From contig NC_058368.1 in assembly GCF_018350175.1 (NCBI RefSeq), forward strand, positions 117,430,001-117,494,000: a stretch of 64,000 bases of DNA. The letters are read 5' to 3'. Under the pieces are notes generated by a model. It was not told the DNA's origin. It ran no database searches and saw only the letters and a program-made list of their open reading frames with translations. Below are positions 35,750 through 48,564 of this stretch, in pieces. Source of the DNA: Felis catus (Eukaryota). Made by a program: the position numbers and the translations under genes. Numbering within the stretch: the first letter of the stretch is position 1; each line of letters starts with the position of its first letter.

Positions 35750-35828
35750 TCTTCCGGGGAGAGGGTGCCTGGCTTTCATCATGTCCAGAGGGTCTGTGAC
35801 CCAGGAAATTGGAAAACCAATTCTCTAG
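35580..35828 (+). mobile_element. hAT-Charlie MITE fragment containing an expanded TA/TG/CA tract
   Basis: 'ggggagagggtgcctggctttcatca...gggtctgtgaccca...aaccaa'; related to 63300-63456. Confidence 0.5.
35652..35750. repeat. (TG)n(TA)n(CA)n palindromic microsatellite
   Basis: Directly visible. Confidence 0.95.
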
Positions 35829-36639
35829 TCTAGGCTGACATTGAGGGAGTGAGCGTGTGCATGGTATGTGCAGGTGTGTGCAAGCATGCGGAACTCTCAA
35901 CCTGCTTCCTCTCTGAGAATATGGTTGGATCAGGATGTCAAGTGCAGCCCCGGGCCCTGCCAGCTGCTGCCATGGTCAGATTGCAGGGGGGGCTGTCCTT
36001 GACAGGACTGGTGGAACAGACGGAGCCAGTGTTAAGGACAGGATGGGAGGGGTGGAGGCTGGTGCTTTCTGGGGGAAGCTTGTAATCTAAGCTACCTGAG
36101 TCACCAACCCTCACATGTTCACATTCAGAATGAAGCCTTGAAGATGGCAGCAGGATGGTGGTGTGGGTGGGAATGGGAGGAAAGGGTACCCAGGGAGAGC
36201 TGTGAAGGTTCTGTTGAAGGAATTGGAGCTGTTCAGAACCTCAGTCAGGACCCTCTGGGTTCCTGCAGTTTTAGCTTTCTCTGCCTGTTTCCAGCCTGCC
36301 CTATGTTAATGCCTCTGGGTATGGTGGAGATGCTCAGAATAGTGGGCCTATGTGTGAAATTGAGGATATCATTGGGGGACTTATTGGAGCTACATGAGCT
36401 TCTGAGAAGCTGGATGGGCAGAAGGAGGGCCTCTCATGGATAAAGAAGTATGCTGATCTCTAAAAGAGGGAGATCTCCCAAGGCTCAGGGCTGGGAGTGG
36501 AGTGGAGGCGTGGTGGAGGCCTCCTGGCATCAGGCTCAGCTGGTAGGAAGGGAGGGCGGATGCACCTGTGGCTTGGGTTATGTTTTTTTTCTCCTCCTTG
36601 CCTCACAGCCTGGGCTGATTCAACCTGGGCCTTGCTACT

Positions 36640-37125
36640 TGAAGGGGAAAATTCTTCTTCTGCCCTCAACGTCCTCCAGTGGGACTAAGGATTAAATTTA
36701 CGTGAGACACATTAATGGGAGAAAAAAACCCAAACTTTTATTATGTGTGCAGGAAGGCCCAGTAATGAATTTGAGACCTAAAGTTTTTGTACTTAAAAAA
36801 AAAATCTTTAATGTTTATTTTTTGAGAGAGAGAGAGCCAGAGCCAGAGCCAGAGAGAGACAGAGTGCAAGTGGGGTAGGGGCAGAGAGAGAGAGAGACAG
36901 ACACACAGAAACCGAAGCAGGCTCCAGGCTCTGCTGTCAGCACAGAGCTCGACACGGGGCCTGAACCCACGGACCTCAAGATCATGACCTGAGCAGAAGT
37001 TGGACACTTAACAGACTGAGCCACCCAGGCGCCTTTGGTTTTTATTCTTTTCAGACAAATAAATTTGTGAGGAATTGACAGGACAAAGAACATTTAACTT
37101 TGGGAGCTTAACTTTGGCCCCCACA
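36640..37125 (-). mobile_element. MER34/MER39-like ERV1 LTR, internally deleted and SINE-interrupted
   Basis: Strong similarity to 40798-41341 ('aaaattcttc.tctgccctcaa...ggactaaggattaaatttac.tgagac'). Confidence 0.7.
36795..37035 (-). mobile_element. Can-SINE with (AGAGCC)n insert
   Basis: 'aagcaggctccaggctctg...atcatgacctgagc...gactgagccacccaggcgcc'; degenerate TSD gtttttgtactt / gtttttattctt. Confidence 0.93.
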
Positions 37126-38269
37126 CATCCCTGCCCAACCAACTCCCTCCTGTGGGCTTCCCAAACATTCCTGGATTGGAGACTTACCTGAGGCTATTCT
37201 GAGACCTCTCCCACGTTCTTTTCCTCTGCTGCCCCACTATCTTCCTGTGCCTGCCTGTAGCCACTGTCACGGCCCCCACTCTTCTGTCCCCACCCTCCCA
37301 ACCTCTACTGTTGCTGACAGGGCTTCACTGTTAATACTGTGTCGAGAACCCTCTGGCTCCCAGACATGATGGCTCCCTTGCTCCTTCTCCTCCTGCTAAA
37401 GAACTTTCCACAAGCAATTAATTAACCTCATCACATCCTTTCTGTGGAGCCCAGTGCAGGGAGGGAGGAAAGGAAGAGAAGCGCCCTGTCTCTTGAGGAC
37501 AGTCAGGGGGACAAGTGGCTACACAGGCAACTGCTGGGGGATTCTCTCAGTGCTGCCACTCCCTCCCCACTTTGGAGTTGGATGCAGTGTGAGCCCAGCT
37601 CCAGTGAGGAGAGGGGGTCACCCCTTCTGCTCTCAGCCCTGGCTTAATCTCCAACTGCCTGACAAAGCCCTTTATCATTTGCTCCCTCCAGTTGCTCCCA
37701 CAAGTTGCTTTTTCTCATTTCTCCTCAGGCAACTAGTGGAGTCAAAGATTAGGCACAAAGGGGTGGAGGGATTGCAGATGAGTGTAGAGGAACATCCTCA
37801 GGTGGCACTGGTGACCTTTCTCCTGGATGCTGTGCCTGCCCTACTGGTGCAGCGAATGACATGGAGATGCAGAAGTTCTGCATGCAAATGTGCCCAGGCA
37901 TCCTGGCCACTCCACTGGCAGCATGTGGCCCCTGGAGCGTCCCTGTGCAGTCTCATCTCGTCACCTAAGGGGTGGCACCCCACTAAGCCCTGGATGCACA
38001 CAGTGTGTACAGCCGCACAGAGATGGGGCCTGGGCTAGGGCTCAGAGGGAAGACAGAGTGGGAGAGACACAAGGTGGGACATTAATTGTGCACCTACTGA
38101 CACCAGGTCCTGAACTAGACATACTGTGCATGTTAGCTCATGTCATCCTCTGACTCCCCGGGAAGTTCTTAAAGAAACTAAAGTTTAATAATGCAGGAAC
38201 TTGGCCCAAGATCACACAGTGAATAGGTTGTGAAACCAGAACTCAACCAAGACTTTTCTTATCTGAGCA

Positions 38270-38750
38270 GGACTTAAAAATGCAAATCATATAGTCCTGT
38301 CCCCTTTCTAAATCACTCCCATGGCTTCCTGGTGCCTTCTGCATGAAATCCTTCTGCTTTCCACCGCTGGCATGACCTGCACCTCTGACCTCACCCCCGC
38401 CCACTGTGTGCTCACTCTCCTCTCAAAGCTCTTATACTTGTTGATCCCCTGTTTGGAACACTTACCCTCCAAATCTTCATGGGGTGGCTCTTTCTTATTC
38501 TTCAGGTCAGATACCACCTTCCTTCACTGAGAGGCCTTCCCTGACTACTCAGGCAACTGTGGCCTTCCTCAGTCCCTCTCTGTCCCTTCATCTCACTTTC
38601 TTTTCTTTAGAGCACAGAGCATCTGAAGTTATTTATATGTTAACTTGCTCCTTGTGTGTTACCCACTAGAACGGAAGCTCCTTTCTTTCACCATTGTATC
38701 CCCAGGGCCTGGTGCTTAGTAAGTGCTCAATAAATGTTTGATGGACAAAT
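38270..38750 (+). mobile_element. L2 LINE 3' region
   Basis: 'cactcccatggcttcc...gagaggccttccctgac...cccactagaacggaagctcc...gtaagtgctcaataaatgtttg'. Confidence 0.8.
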
Positions 38751-40797
38751 GACCTCAGAAAAGCTTTCCTGGGCCCCAAGGAGGCAGCTAGAGGAGCAAG
38801 GGGACTCACTAGGAAGAGAACTTGGCCACTGGGCTGTAAACTGTGATGCCGGGTTGCAGACTGATCCCTAAGGCTCTCCCCATAGAAGAGAGTCCACCTG
38901 TCTGTCCGTGAGATGACCTGGCTGCATTTCTTCATAGGAAGTATGTGTAAACACAATTTTCTCAAACTTTGCATGAAGCCAGGTGGAAGAGACAAGGCTG
39001 CCTGCCATCTCTGGACCAGAGCTGGGTACCCTTAAGCTCCCTGCATGCTCCCAGCCTTTCCTGATCTTGGCCTAGGTTCAGGGCTCCTCAGGAGCCCACC
39101 CAGTCACCCCAGGGGGTTGTGGCAGGCATTGCCTGGTGGGAAGGGAGAGACTGCTGCTCAAAGAACCTGATCTTTTGCATTTGCTGACATTCTTGGATTT
39201 GGCATTTACAACCTCAGGGTTTTATTCCAAAGAGGCCTTTTGCATTTGATGTAAATATTATGGTGATGAGAGGCGACACCGAGAATACCCTGTAGGAAAT
39301 GTAATTCCACCCCCACCAGGCTGGGAGCCTCTCCCTGCTGCTGCTTTGGGTTGTTATTCAGGGGATTGATTCCTCCCAGTTCTTGGGCTAACCCAGAAGT
39401 GGAGTGCCCCCTCCACTCACAGGCAGCAGGGTCTGGGAGTAGCACATTAGTTATTTTTCCAATTTGCGGAGGCACTTTCATCCATCAATGTGGGAAGCAA
39501 TCGGGGCAAGGCTGGGGCTGGTTCATGTTGCAGCCATTCTCTGGGTAGAGGAATGGCCCCTTCTGGAGGAGGCTTGGGCAGTCCTCAGCCTCAGAGGGGT
39601 GGGGTTGGGGGATCCAAGCCAGTAATGGGCACTATAGTTCCCCAAAGTCAGCTGTTCTCTCAGTCACTTCCTCAGTAAGTGTCAGTCACCACACTTCTCC
39701 CAACAGGGTTTAGTCTTGGATCTATGTGCCTTTCTACTCTATATAGCATTGAAGACTCCCTCCAGCTGCAGTGGCCCTTGGTGCCATATTCCTACTTTCT
39801 CCCCAAACTCCTGGGGAAATGACATTTATAATCCTCATGTACAGTCATAGTGGTGAGCTAGGATCGGAGGGCTGTCCCCAAATGGCTTGCAAGGTGGAAG
39901 AACGAGATGACATTTCTACACCGATATCTCTCTGATAGGCTGTATGGCCAGGGACAAATGATTGAATCTCTCTGAGCTTTGGTTTCCACACCCTTCAAAT
40001 GAGGAAAATTATATCTATGATGTAGACCCAAAGAGAGAGTGCACATAAGGGGCCCTGCCCAGTGCTTGACATGAAGTGAATGCTCAGGAAATGTGGGCAG
40101 TTATTATTAGGTACAGAGGTGGTTGTGAGGAATAGTATGGGCCAGGGGCCAGCTGCCAGCCTGGAAGTCCAGAGTTTACAGCTATGAACCTTATATCTAT
40201 TGTGAGCAGTCACTCAATAAACATCAGTTATTTGGATGTGTAATGAGTGCTTTTATCATCATCAGTAAGCCAGTGTAACCTAGAGCTCAGATTCTGGAGT
40301 CAGAGAAACAGAGTTCAAATCCCAGCTTGGCCTCTGAATACCATAATTTTCAAAGTTTTGTTTTCTTCACATATAGAAGGGAATACTAACAGAAGCATGC
40401 CAAATGCGAAGACTGTGGTATAGCGTTTGGCATATAGCAAGCCCTTGATGAATCTGCAGTGTGGTGCAATGTGGAAGACTCCAGATTTAAGATCAGAAGG
40501 CCTGGGTTTAATGCATTTCCATCTCCTATTTACTGTCTTACCTTGGGCAAAGCACTTCACCCTGAAGTCTCTCTTTTCCCAACCTAAGGAAAAGGGATGT
40601 CACTTGGTTTTAGATTGCCATAGAAAAAGGCTTAATGTTTGCCATAAGAAGGATGCTCCACATCTGTATGGTGAGTGAATGAATGAAAGAATGAATGATG
40701 TGGAAGATTTTAGGATTTGGATTCAGAGAACTTGGATTGGCATCCCAGGTTTATCACTTACTTTCAGTGTGGTTTGGGACATATTACTTCACCGCAT

Positions 40798-41341
40798 TGA
40801 AGGAAAAGGAAGGAAAAATTCTTCCTCTGCCCTCAAGGTCTTCCAGCTGGACTAAGGATTAAATTTACATGAGACTCATTAACAGGAGGAAAAATGAAAA
40901 CTCTTATTACATGTGCAGGGAGGCCAAATAATGAATTTAAGACCTAAAGAAATGACCGAGGCAGGCAGTTTTTTATACTTTTCAGACAAAGAGACAATAC
41001 ATTTGTGAGGAGTTGATAGGAAAAAGAAAACTCCAATTTGGGAGCTTCAATTAGTAAAGAATTCTCATCAGAATTTAGGCCGGGCTAGTAAATTGGTAAT
41101 AAGTTACAAGGGTTGTTTATGTAGTCTTCTCGGCTCTAAATTTCTCATCTCTGGTGGTAAGGATGTTTCTCTACCTCTACCAAGAGGGTACCTTTCACAT
41201 GGGATATATATTTCTTGATTTCAGGGAGACAGAGGAGGGTCTGAGTGTCCTTCCTGCACTGACTATCTTGTAAGTAACTTTTATTTTGAATAGTTAATAT
41301 GCCAAAATAGCACATTTGGGGCAGCCTGCCTTTGGTCTACA
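40798..41341 (-). mobile_element. MER34/MER39-like ERV1 solo LTR inserted in a MIR (~40700-41465)
   Basis: Reverse strand begins TGTAG...gctgccccaaatgtgctattttggcatatt (MER34-like head) and ends in CA; flanks rejoin as MIR. Confidence 0.75.
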
Positions 41342-42556
41342 GAACCTTGGGTTCTTTCAGTGTAAAACAAGATAATAGCTAACCCCCAGCATTATTGCAG
41401 AATAGACAGTTAATACTAAAATGCCTCATAAACCATAAGCATTGTGCTCACTCTAGTTTAATATTACTTGGTGCAGAGCCCTAGGTGAGGAACTATAAGG
41501 GCTCCAAAGAGATGTGAAACCATTGGGCCTAGGCCTAGAAGAGCTGGCATAGATTTGGGGAAAGGAGGCACAAGGCAGGTGCAGAACCACACAGAGAGTT
41601 CAGCACATTCATTGATTGCACACATATTTACAGAGTCCTAGGCATGCTGTTATAGGTCTGTTGAAGGTTTTCGGTTAGGCCTGATGGAGAGCCTTGAAGG
41701 TCAGAGTAAGGCCCCTGGCTTGACTGTTCTGTGATAGAGGTCTCAGAAAGCTTATGTGCCATCTGTGCTCCTGAGTTCCCCTGTGGGGCAGGCCCCTGGC
41801 TCGCTGAGTCAATTTCCTCAGTCGCTCTCTGAGGGAGCAATGAGCAGAGTCCATTGTAGGGAGAGCACTTGAATCAACTATTCAGTAGGTGCCCCCCACA
41901 AAGGCCAGTGGCCTATCTGGCCACTGCAGCTGGTGGCCACAAAAGACCTGCCGAGAATCCAATATAATGGAGCGGCAAAGGCTCTAGCCGCTCTTCCCCA
42001 GGAGTGTGAGGGTGAGTTGCAAGGTGATTTCACTACTGTCGCATTCTCCCTTTAGACACAGGCTGTCCTCGAGGGCAAAAATAGCAGCTTCAGAGGCAGG
42101 AGAGTGTTGTGACATCATCCCCAGGTTCAGCCAGCAAACCCCTCTCCAGACAGCTGATCCTGCTTGCCCCATTGGAGACCAGAGCCAAGGTCCTAGGGAA
42201 TGATTTTGGTGGCTCTAGGCCCCTCCCAGCCCACTGGCTCCAGTTCTGGGCTCTGTTTATAAACAGAAATCCCTTAACGTGGTTTTTTACCTGGGTGAAG
42301 AGAAGTGCACTCAGCAGTCCTCTGTGGCTGGGCACATGCCCACCTCCAGGTCCCCAGGGCTAAGCATAGCAGACCTGCAGGGGCCTATAGTCTCTCTGGG
42401 CCAGAAGCACACAGGCTGGGCTGGAGACACTGAGGATGGCACCCAGCCTGGAGGCTGAGCTGAGGGGGAGGACATTCTGTAGTCCCTGGGAGGTAAGATG
42501 GAGGAAGGAGGAAGGGGGGGTGTCCAGAGAGAATAGAGGAGTTTGTGCATTGTGCA

Positions 42557-42558
<2 letters not shown>

Positions 42559-42596
<38 letters not shown>
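42559..42596. repeat. (GT)19 microsatellite
   Basis: Directly visible. Confidence 0.97.
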
Positions 42597-42599
<3 letters not shown>

Positions 42600-43774
42600 C
42601 ACACTGCAGCTGAAGATGGCAGGAGTGGGAACTCCATAGTCTCTACTGATTAGAAGGGTTTTGAAATTGATAAATTACTTTGTATTGGGGCAAAATGATT
42701 TGACCAGATTTCAAATGTTTCAGAGAAGGGAAGCTTCTCTTGGGCCAACTATTGATTGCGTTTAATAGAGCTGGGACTTTCTCGCTTAAAAACAACAAAA
42801 TAAACATCTAAGAGAAGACACTAATTCACCTCTCTCTTCCTTCCCTCTCTCCCTTCTCTCTAAGAACAGAAAAGGACCCAAACAAGGCTGGGGTGAGGCT
42901 GGGGGCAGTGGTGATGTCAGAGCCATGGAGTTACTCTGGGGCAAATTGATGGTGGGGGGCTCAGGAGAACAGGGGACCCTGAGTTGGTCCCATTCTTCAC
43001 AGATTGATTTTTGCCAACAGACACTGTCGGAGTCTTTGATAAATCACTAACCCAAGTGATGAATGCCCTGAGGCTGGGTGGGATGGGGGAAAGGATGCTG
43101 GTCTGGGAGGGAGTTCTAGAGGACAGGTGTGAGGATGGAGGGCTGGTGAGCAGAGAGAGCCAACTGACTTAAAGCTGAGTTCTAGAAATTCTGGAAGATA
43201 CCCCCAGATTACTAATCCTGGCTTTATCTCTCAGTAGGATTTGACCACAATCATTAACTCAACAGCGCTTCAAAATTCATTTTTGTTCTGTCTCTCATCT
43301 GTCTCTTGCTGTCTGTCTCACTGTCTGCCCCTTTATCTGGCTTCCAAATGGACTCTGATGGTTTTCTCCCAGGAGAGGATTCCCTTGGGCCTGCTGGAAA
43401 ATGGAAAGGAGTGTGGGGAAAGCTGGTAGCAAGTAGGTGGTTGGCAGTGGGCAGTAAGAGGAGAGGGGTGAGGCAGCCTCTTGAAATAGGTAGAGGTGAG
43501 GGCCCTGGGGCCAGTAGAGAGAGGGAGGGGCTGGGGGAATGAAGATATGAAATTGCAGAGCAGCTCTGGCCAGAGAGAAGCCAGTTCCAGATGTCTTATT
43601 TCTCATGGAAGGAAAGATCAGTCATGTGGTTTTCCCATCCCTCTCCCCAAAGCAGTGAGAGCAGATACCTGCCTTGACTGGGCTGAAGAATAGCAGGAAG
43701 TGTGGAGAGGAAGAGACACCAACCCAGAGCCACAGAACTGATCTCTCATCATGGCCAGAGACTGCCTTGTAGAC

Positions 43775-43975
43775 AGCACAGCTTGCAGACCATGAGTCTG
43801 AATTAGTTCTGGGTGACTTTGGATATGTGACTTATCCTCACTTACCTTCTGGTTCCTCACCTATAAAATGGGATAATAGAACAGATTTTCATGAGGTTTA
43901 CATTAATTAAGATGACATGTACAAAATGCTTAGAACAGGACCTGGCCCATAGTGAGCATTCAGTAAATGTTATCT
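43775..43975 (+). mobile_element. MIR SINE
   Basis: 'gggtgactttgga...ttcctcacctataaaatggggataata...tgcttagaacaggacctggcccatagtgagcattcagtaaatg'. Confidence 0.8.
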
Positions 43976-44469
43976 GGGAACGTTCTTCTCCCCAATAGCA
44001 GTGTGGCAGAGTCTGAAGTCACGGAAACTCAAAATGTGTCAGCCACACTGGAGTCAAAGAGGGAGGGAGCTCCTGGCTTTACCTGAGGGTGGGGCAGTCT
44101 CCCCAAATTACTGATCCAAAGGCCAAGCCTGTTCTACATCCTGTCCCTACTGTCAGTGCTGATGTGCCATGGGCTGAGTCTCCACTGCTCTGTAAAGGCA
44201 GCTGAAACTTAGTCCTTGAGATGCCTGCCAGGCTCCTAGCTGGCCCACCGGCTTCTGCCCACACTCGTTGGGCTTGGCTCCTCCTTACCCCACCATCCAT
44301 GCTGCTGCTCCCAGGCTCCAAGCCCTGGCTCTGTCCGTGGTGCTAACACACAGCCCAGACTTGCCCACAATGCCCAACTTCCCACCTCAACCATCCGCTC
44401 TTGTCCCCCAACTTTAACATCTCTGATGATCTCCCCAGTCACCAGGAATGAATTCTGAGCTCACGTTCT

Positions 44470-44790
44470 GGACCGCTGCCAGGAAGAAGGAAGCGGCGTT
44501 AGTATAAAGAATCACACAAAAGGCCGCAGGTAATTATGTCTCTTTTAAGCTGCTAACAGGATTGGCCGTTTGATAAATGGGAGGATTTGAGGCTGTTTTG
44601 TCACTGACAAGCTGTTGTAAGATCATATTGGAAGCTGAAGACAGTTTATCTTCATGTGTGTGGGGAAGAGAGGGGAATTCTCCGTGGATTTTACACCCTC
44701 TTCAAATTAATGTGATTTCATAGGCCGTCCTGTGCACGGGAGTGAGTGATCTTTATGACTCACCCCATGATTAGATTACCTGGCTCAGCA
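44470..44790. promoter_or_regulatory. Candidate conserved non-coding element
   Basis: Repeat-free with CpGs retained; TAATTA, TGTCA/TGACA pair, GATAA, TGACTCA (44756-44762). Confidence 0.35.
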
Positions 44791-45624
44791 GCCACCTCCA
44801 GCCCCTCTGAGTGCCCTCTCCTTCCCTAGGCCCCTCCCTGCTCCCATTTCTCGGGCTCTCCCTCCACCTCCAGCTCCCCTCTGACCTCCTGTAGCCCTGG
44901 TCTCAGGGCCAGCTGCTGAGCAAGCCCACAGCTCAATTACTGCTGGCTAGCCTGAGAGGCAGAAGGATCTGGTTTCTTCCATTTCTCTGGAGGGAGCAGA
45001 AGAGCAGGAGGTGGGATGGGAAGAAGAGGGAGGCAATAGGAGAGGGAGGGAGGGAAGCAGAGGAGGAGAGAATGAAGGAGACAAAGAGGGAGTCTTACCA
45101 GAGAAGCAGAGCCAAGCCGAGGTAAAGAGAAGAAAGACAAGAGGAAAGAAAAAAAAAAGTAGCAAAAGGAGAGGAAAGGTTTTTTTCTTTCATTTTAAGA
45201 ACCCTGTTCTCCACAAGAACTAAGATGGCCTCCTTCCCTAAACCCCTGAATTAAACAGGTCCCCTGGGCACTTTCTTTGATAGCTATGTTTTATCATCTT
45301 CAGAGCACTTACCACTATTATTTTGTTTATTTATTTATTTGCTTTTAAAATATTTGTCCTCACCCCTAAATTAGAAGACCCATAGGGCAGGATTCATGGC
45401 TGCTATGTTCTTCTCAGGACCCCAGCACCTAGCACCTAGTAGGTCTTTGCTAAATATTATTGACTGTGTGAGGTGAAAGGTCTGAAGGGCCAGGGCTGGC
45501 TTGTCCTCCTGGCAGGGATCCAGGATGGAATTGCCAAGGATTTCATCCCTGGCTGGATTTGAGGAGACATTTCTGGGGAAGGGAATGCTTCATTAGTTCT
45601 TTGGACAGAATTAGGTATCCTCCA

Positions 45625-45752
45625 AAAACAAGCTTTTCAAAATGTGGTCCGTGATTCATTGCATCAGAGCCCCCTGGCAACATGCATCTTCACAAGTACT
45701 CCACATGATCTGATGCCGTGGGTCTGAAGTTCACACTTTGAGAAACACTATT
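45625..45752. mobile_element. MER5-like hAT MITE fragment
   Basis: 'ttttcaaaatgtggtcc...tgcatcaga...cacactttgagaaacact'. Confidence 0.55.
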
Positions 45753-45831
45753 CTGGGGAATGGGTGAACTGAAGGCTCCTGCTCCAGGGAGGTCTCAGCA
45801 GAGCCAGGGATCTAGGCTGCTAATGCTGCTG

Positions 45832-45832
<1 letters not shown>

Positions 45833-45872
<40 letters not shown>
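45833..45872. repeat. (TG)20 microsatellite
   Basis: Directly visible. Confidence 0.97.
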
Positions 45873-45873
<1 letters not shown>

Positions 45874-46319
45874 ACATGCACGCGTGGTTGTTGCACTACC
45901 TGCAAGGGGAATGAAGAAGCTAAATTCCATTATTTCCAGGAAGTTGCCACCTCATTCTACATATACACTGGGAGCTACTTCTTTGAGAGCCCCCAAGTTT
46001 AAAGGAAAAGCTCCCTTTCCTTTGGGGAGCCTACTGGGGACAATTCCCCCACCTGACCCAGGACCCTAGAGGAAGAGGAAGACAGCAACAGATGTGAGGA
46101 GGAGAAGGACCCCTCCCTGCCCCATGCTCAGGGGCCTCTGATCCCTAACCCATTGATGTTTCTTCAGCTGGTAAGTCATGCTTCATTTCCCAAGCAAGCT
46201 GAGCAGACCACCCTCAAGCTCCAGGCCAGGCTCTCTGCCTCTTCAGGAGACCTCTCCTAGACTTGTCAGCAATGTATGCTCCAGGATTGATTGACTGCCT
46301 CCCCAGCATATGCCCCCCT

Positions 46320-46320
<1 letters not shown>

Positions 46321-46359
<39 letters not shown>
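46321..46359. repeat. (CA)19 microsatellite
   Basis: Directly visible. Confidence 0.97.
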
Positions 46360-46361
<2 letters not shown>

Positions 46362-46609
46362 CAAATGTCACAGTCCCGTCATACCAGACACAGGCATGGC
46401 CCACACAGGACACCTGAAACACAGCAGTGGGTTCTTGGAGGTAAAGGACAGTGTGCCTGAGCAGTGGAATAGCCTGGATATGTTTATGCTGGACCTCCAC
46501 CTAGGTCTGAGAACAGGGGGAGGAGTATGGAACACAAGGGCCAGCCAGTTTGAAAAGATAGTTCACTCTATGCCACTTCTGCCTAGTAAAATCAAGGCAT
46601 GTAGATGGA

Positions 46610-47760
46610 ACTAAGACCACCTTCCATTCGTTCTACACTCCAGCAACTCTGGCCTTACTTCATGCCTCAAGCACTCCAGGCTCTCTTCTGCCTGAGTAGC
46701 ACCCTTACTCATGCTGTTCCCTCTGCCTGCAATGCTCTTTTATACTCTTCCATCCCTTTCATCTGATAATCCTACCTCTCTTCCTTGCTGGACCTTTCCA
46801 GATGTCCTGGCTTTGTGCTACCACAGCTCTACATCCTCTACCACTTGCAACACTCCGCTCTCTTGTCATTATGTATTCAGTGTCTATCTTCCCCCCACTA
46901 GACTGTGAGCTCCCTGGTGGGGGGGACCATGCCTGTCTTATCTACTACCATATCCCTGGCACCACCACTCACAGGGCCTGGCATGTAGTGGACATTCAGC
47001 TGGGAAGACTGCGGCTTAAACAGAGCAACTTGTTCAATAAATGGCTCTTGAGCATCAGTGATGTGTCAAGCACAGTGATAGACCCTGAAGATGCACTGGT
47101 AGACAAAAAGTCACTCTTCCTCCTCTCACAGAGGCTGCAATCTGGTGGAGAGATAGATGGTTGTCAAATAATCATACAAATACTGTATGCAACTGTGACA
47201 GGTGCTTTGTGGAGGTTTGTGGTGGCAACAAGGGTACACAAAAGGGGGATCTGGTTGGGTTAAGTAGGTCAGGGAAATTCCTGAGAAGGTGGTATTTCTC
47301 TGAGATGGAGATGGGTGGGTGGAGCAACAGTAGAGGAAAAGGAGTTCTGGAGAGACAGAAAAGCATGTGTGAAGGCCCTGTGGTAGAAAGGAGCATGTCT
47401 TCTACAAAGAACTAAAATCCAGAAGGTCTGGAATTGTGGGGTGAAGGGGGAGGCTGGACAGCAGGCAGAAGCCAAACCATGCAGGGCCTTGTCAGGTGAG
47501 GTAAGGGATTTTTTTCTTCTTCTCAGAGCAAAGGGTTTAAATGCTGAAGAGTTTAAACAGCAGGGGGGCAGGCACAGGCAGCAGTGATATAATCAGAATT
47601 GCATTTTGAAAAGGTCACTCAGGCTTCAGTATGAAGAAGGAAGGGAGGGGCTTGAGTGAGGCAAAAAGACCAATAAGTAGTGCATTGCAGCCATCTGGGC
47701 TCAGACCACAAAGGTGCTAGTGGAGATCAAGAGAAGTAGTTTTTGAAAGACAGTTTTCAA
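46610..47760. mobile_element. Tail-to-tail L2 elements (+ ~46610-47000; - ~47025-47760)
   Basis: 'ccccactagactgtgagctccc...gcctggcatgtagtggacattca' then 'ttcaataaatgg...aaagcatgtgtgaaggccctgtggtag...ttgcattttgaaaaggtcactc'. Confidence 0.8.
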
Positions 47761-48116
47761 GCAACAGCACAGGTTGGTGGCAAAACCAAGACTAAGTACC
47801 CATCGCCAGCCTTTGCACTTTCCTGTAGCCATTGGCCTTTTTCTGGGCTGTCCAGTGGGCCACTGTTAAGGAGGGGTTCCCAGACTTCCCTCCAGAAGTA
47901 TGCCTTGCTTTCTGACCCCTCAGATTCCCCTATTCTGTACTGTGTTTCTCTGGTGGTGCTCATATGTGTCCTCTTTCCAGTTGGAAGACTCTTACTGGAT
48001 ACCCATCTAAGAGGTGGATTTCTCTTCTAGCCCCAGGTGCTTTGCATTCTGGGAATTGTAGTTCTGCAGCAGGGATGCTGGGTCTGCTCCTGACTGTGGG
48101 TCTGGCAGGCAGCCTG

Positions 48117-48130
48117 GTTGCCATGGCAGC
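48117..48130. promoter_or_regulatory. RFX X-box-like motif GTTGCCATGGCAGC
   Basis: 13/14 match to the GTTGCCATGGCAAC palindrome. Confidence 0.4.
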
Positions 48131-48564
48131 AGCTGGGCTGGAGCCACCGAACCATTTCATCCACAGCTCTGCTAGTTCTGAGAGCCTCCCAGCAAGAAGG
48201 CTTGGGCTCTGGGGAGGAGGAGGAGGGAGGAAAGGAAAAGAAGGGAAGGGAGGGAGGGTAGGACCTCATGGACATTACCCAGAGGCCTGGGCTAAGCCTC
48301 ACCCTGCTCTGGGGCTTGTGGACTGAATTGGAGAGAAGTCACCAGCTCATCCTCAGAGCAGGACTCCCCAGCCACTGGGAGCCAGTTCTACTGCTCCGTT
48401 CTTGTCAGTCAATCAGACCCTGTAATTCAGCTCTGTGAATGCAGAAGTCTGCACCAGACACAGAGAAAGGAGGGAACAGCTCCTTCCCCAGGGAAACATG
48501 GAGCCTGGGTAGAAAGGCAGGAAAGTCCAAAATAATTACCTAGGAAGGAAAACGTCCTGCCCAT

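Noticed and set aside
37454..38038. 194-aa ORF
   Set aside because: No homology recognised and no coding-like features
36640..41341. Full provirus bounded by two LTRs
   Set aside because: The interior holds ancient MIR/L2 and unique DNA with no gag/pol/env remnant I can see; the second LTR sits inside its own MIR target
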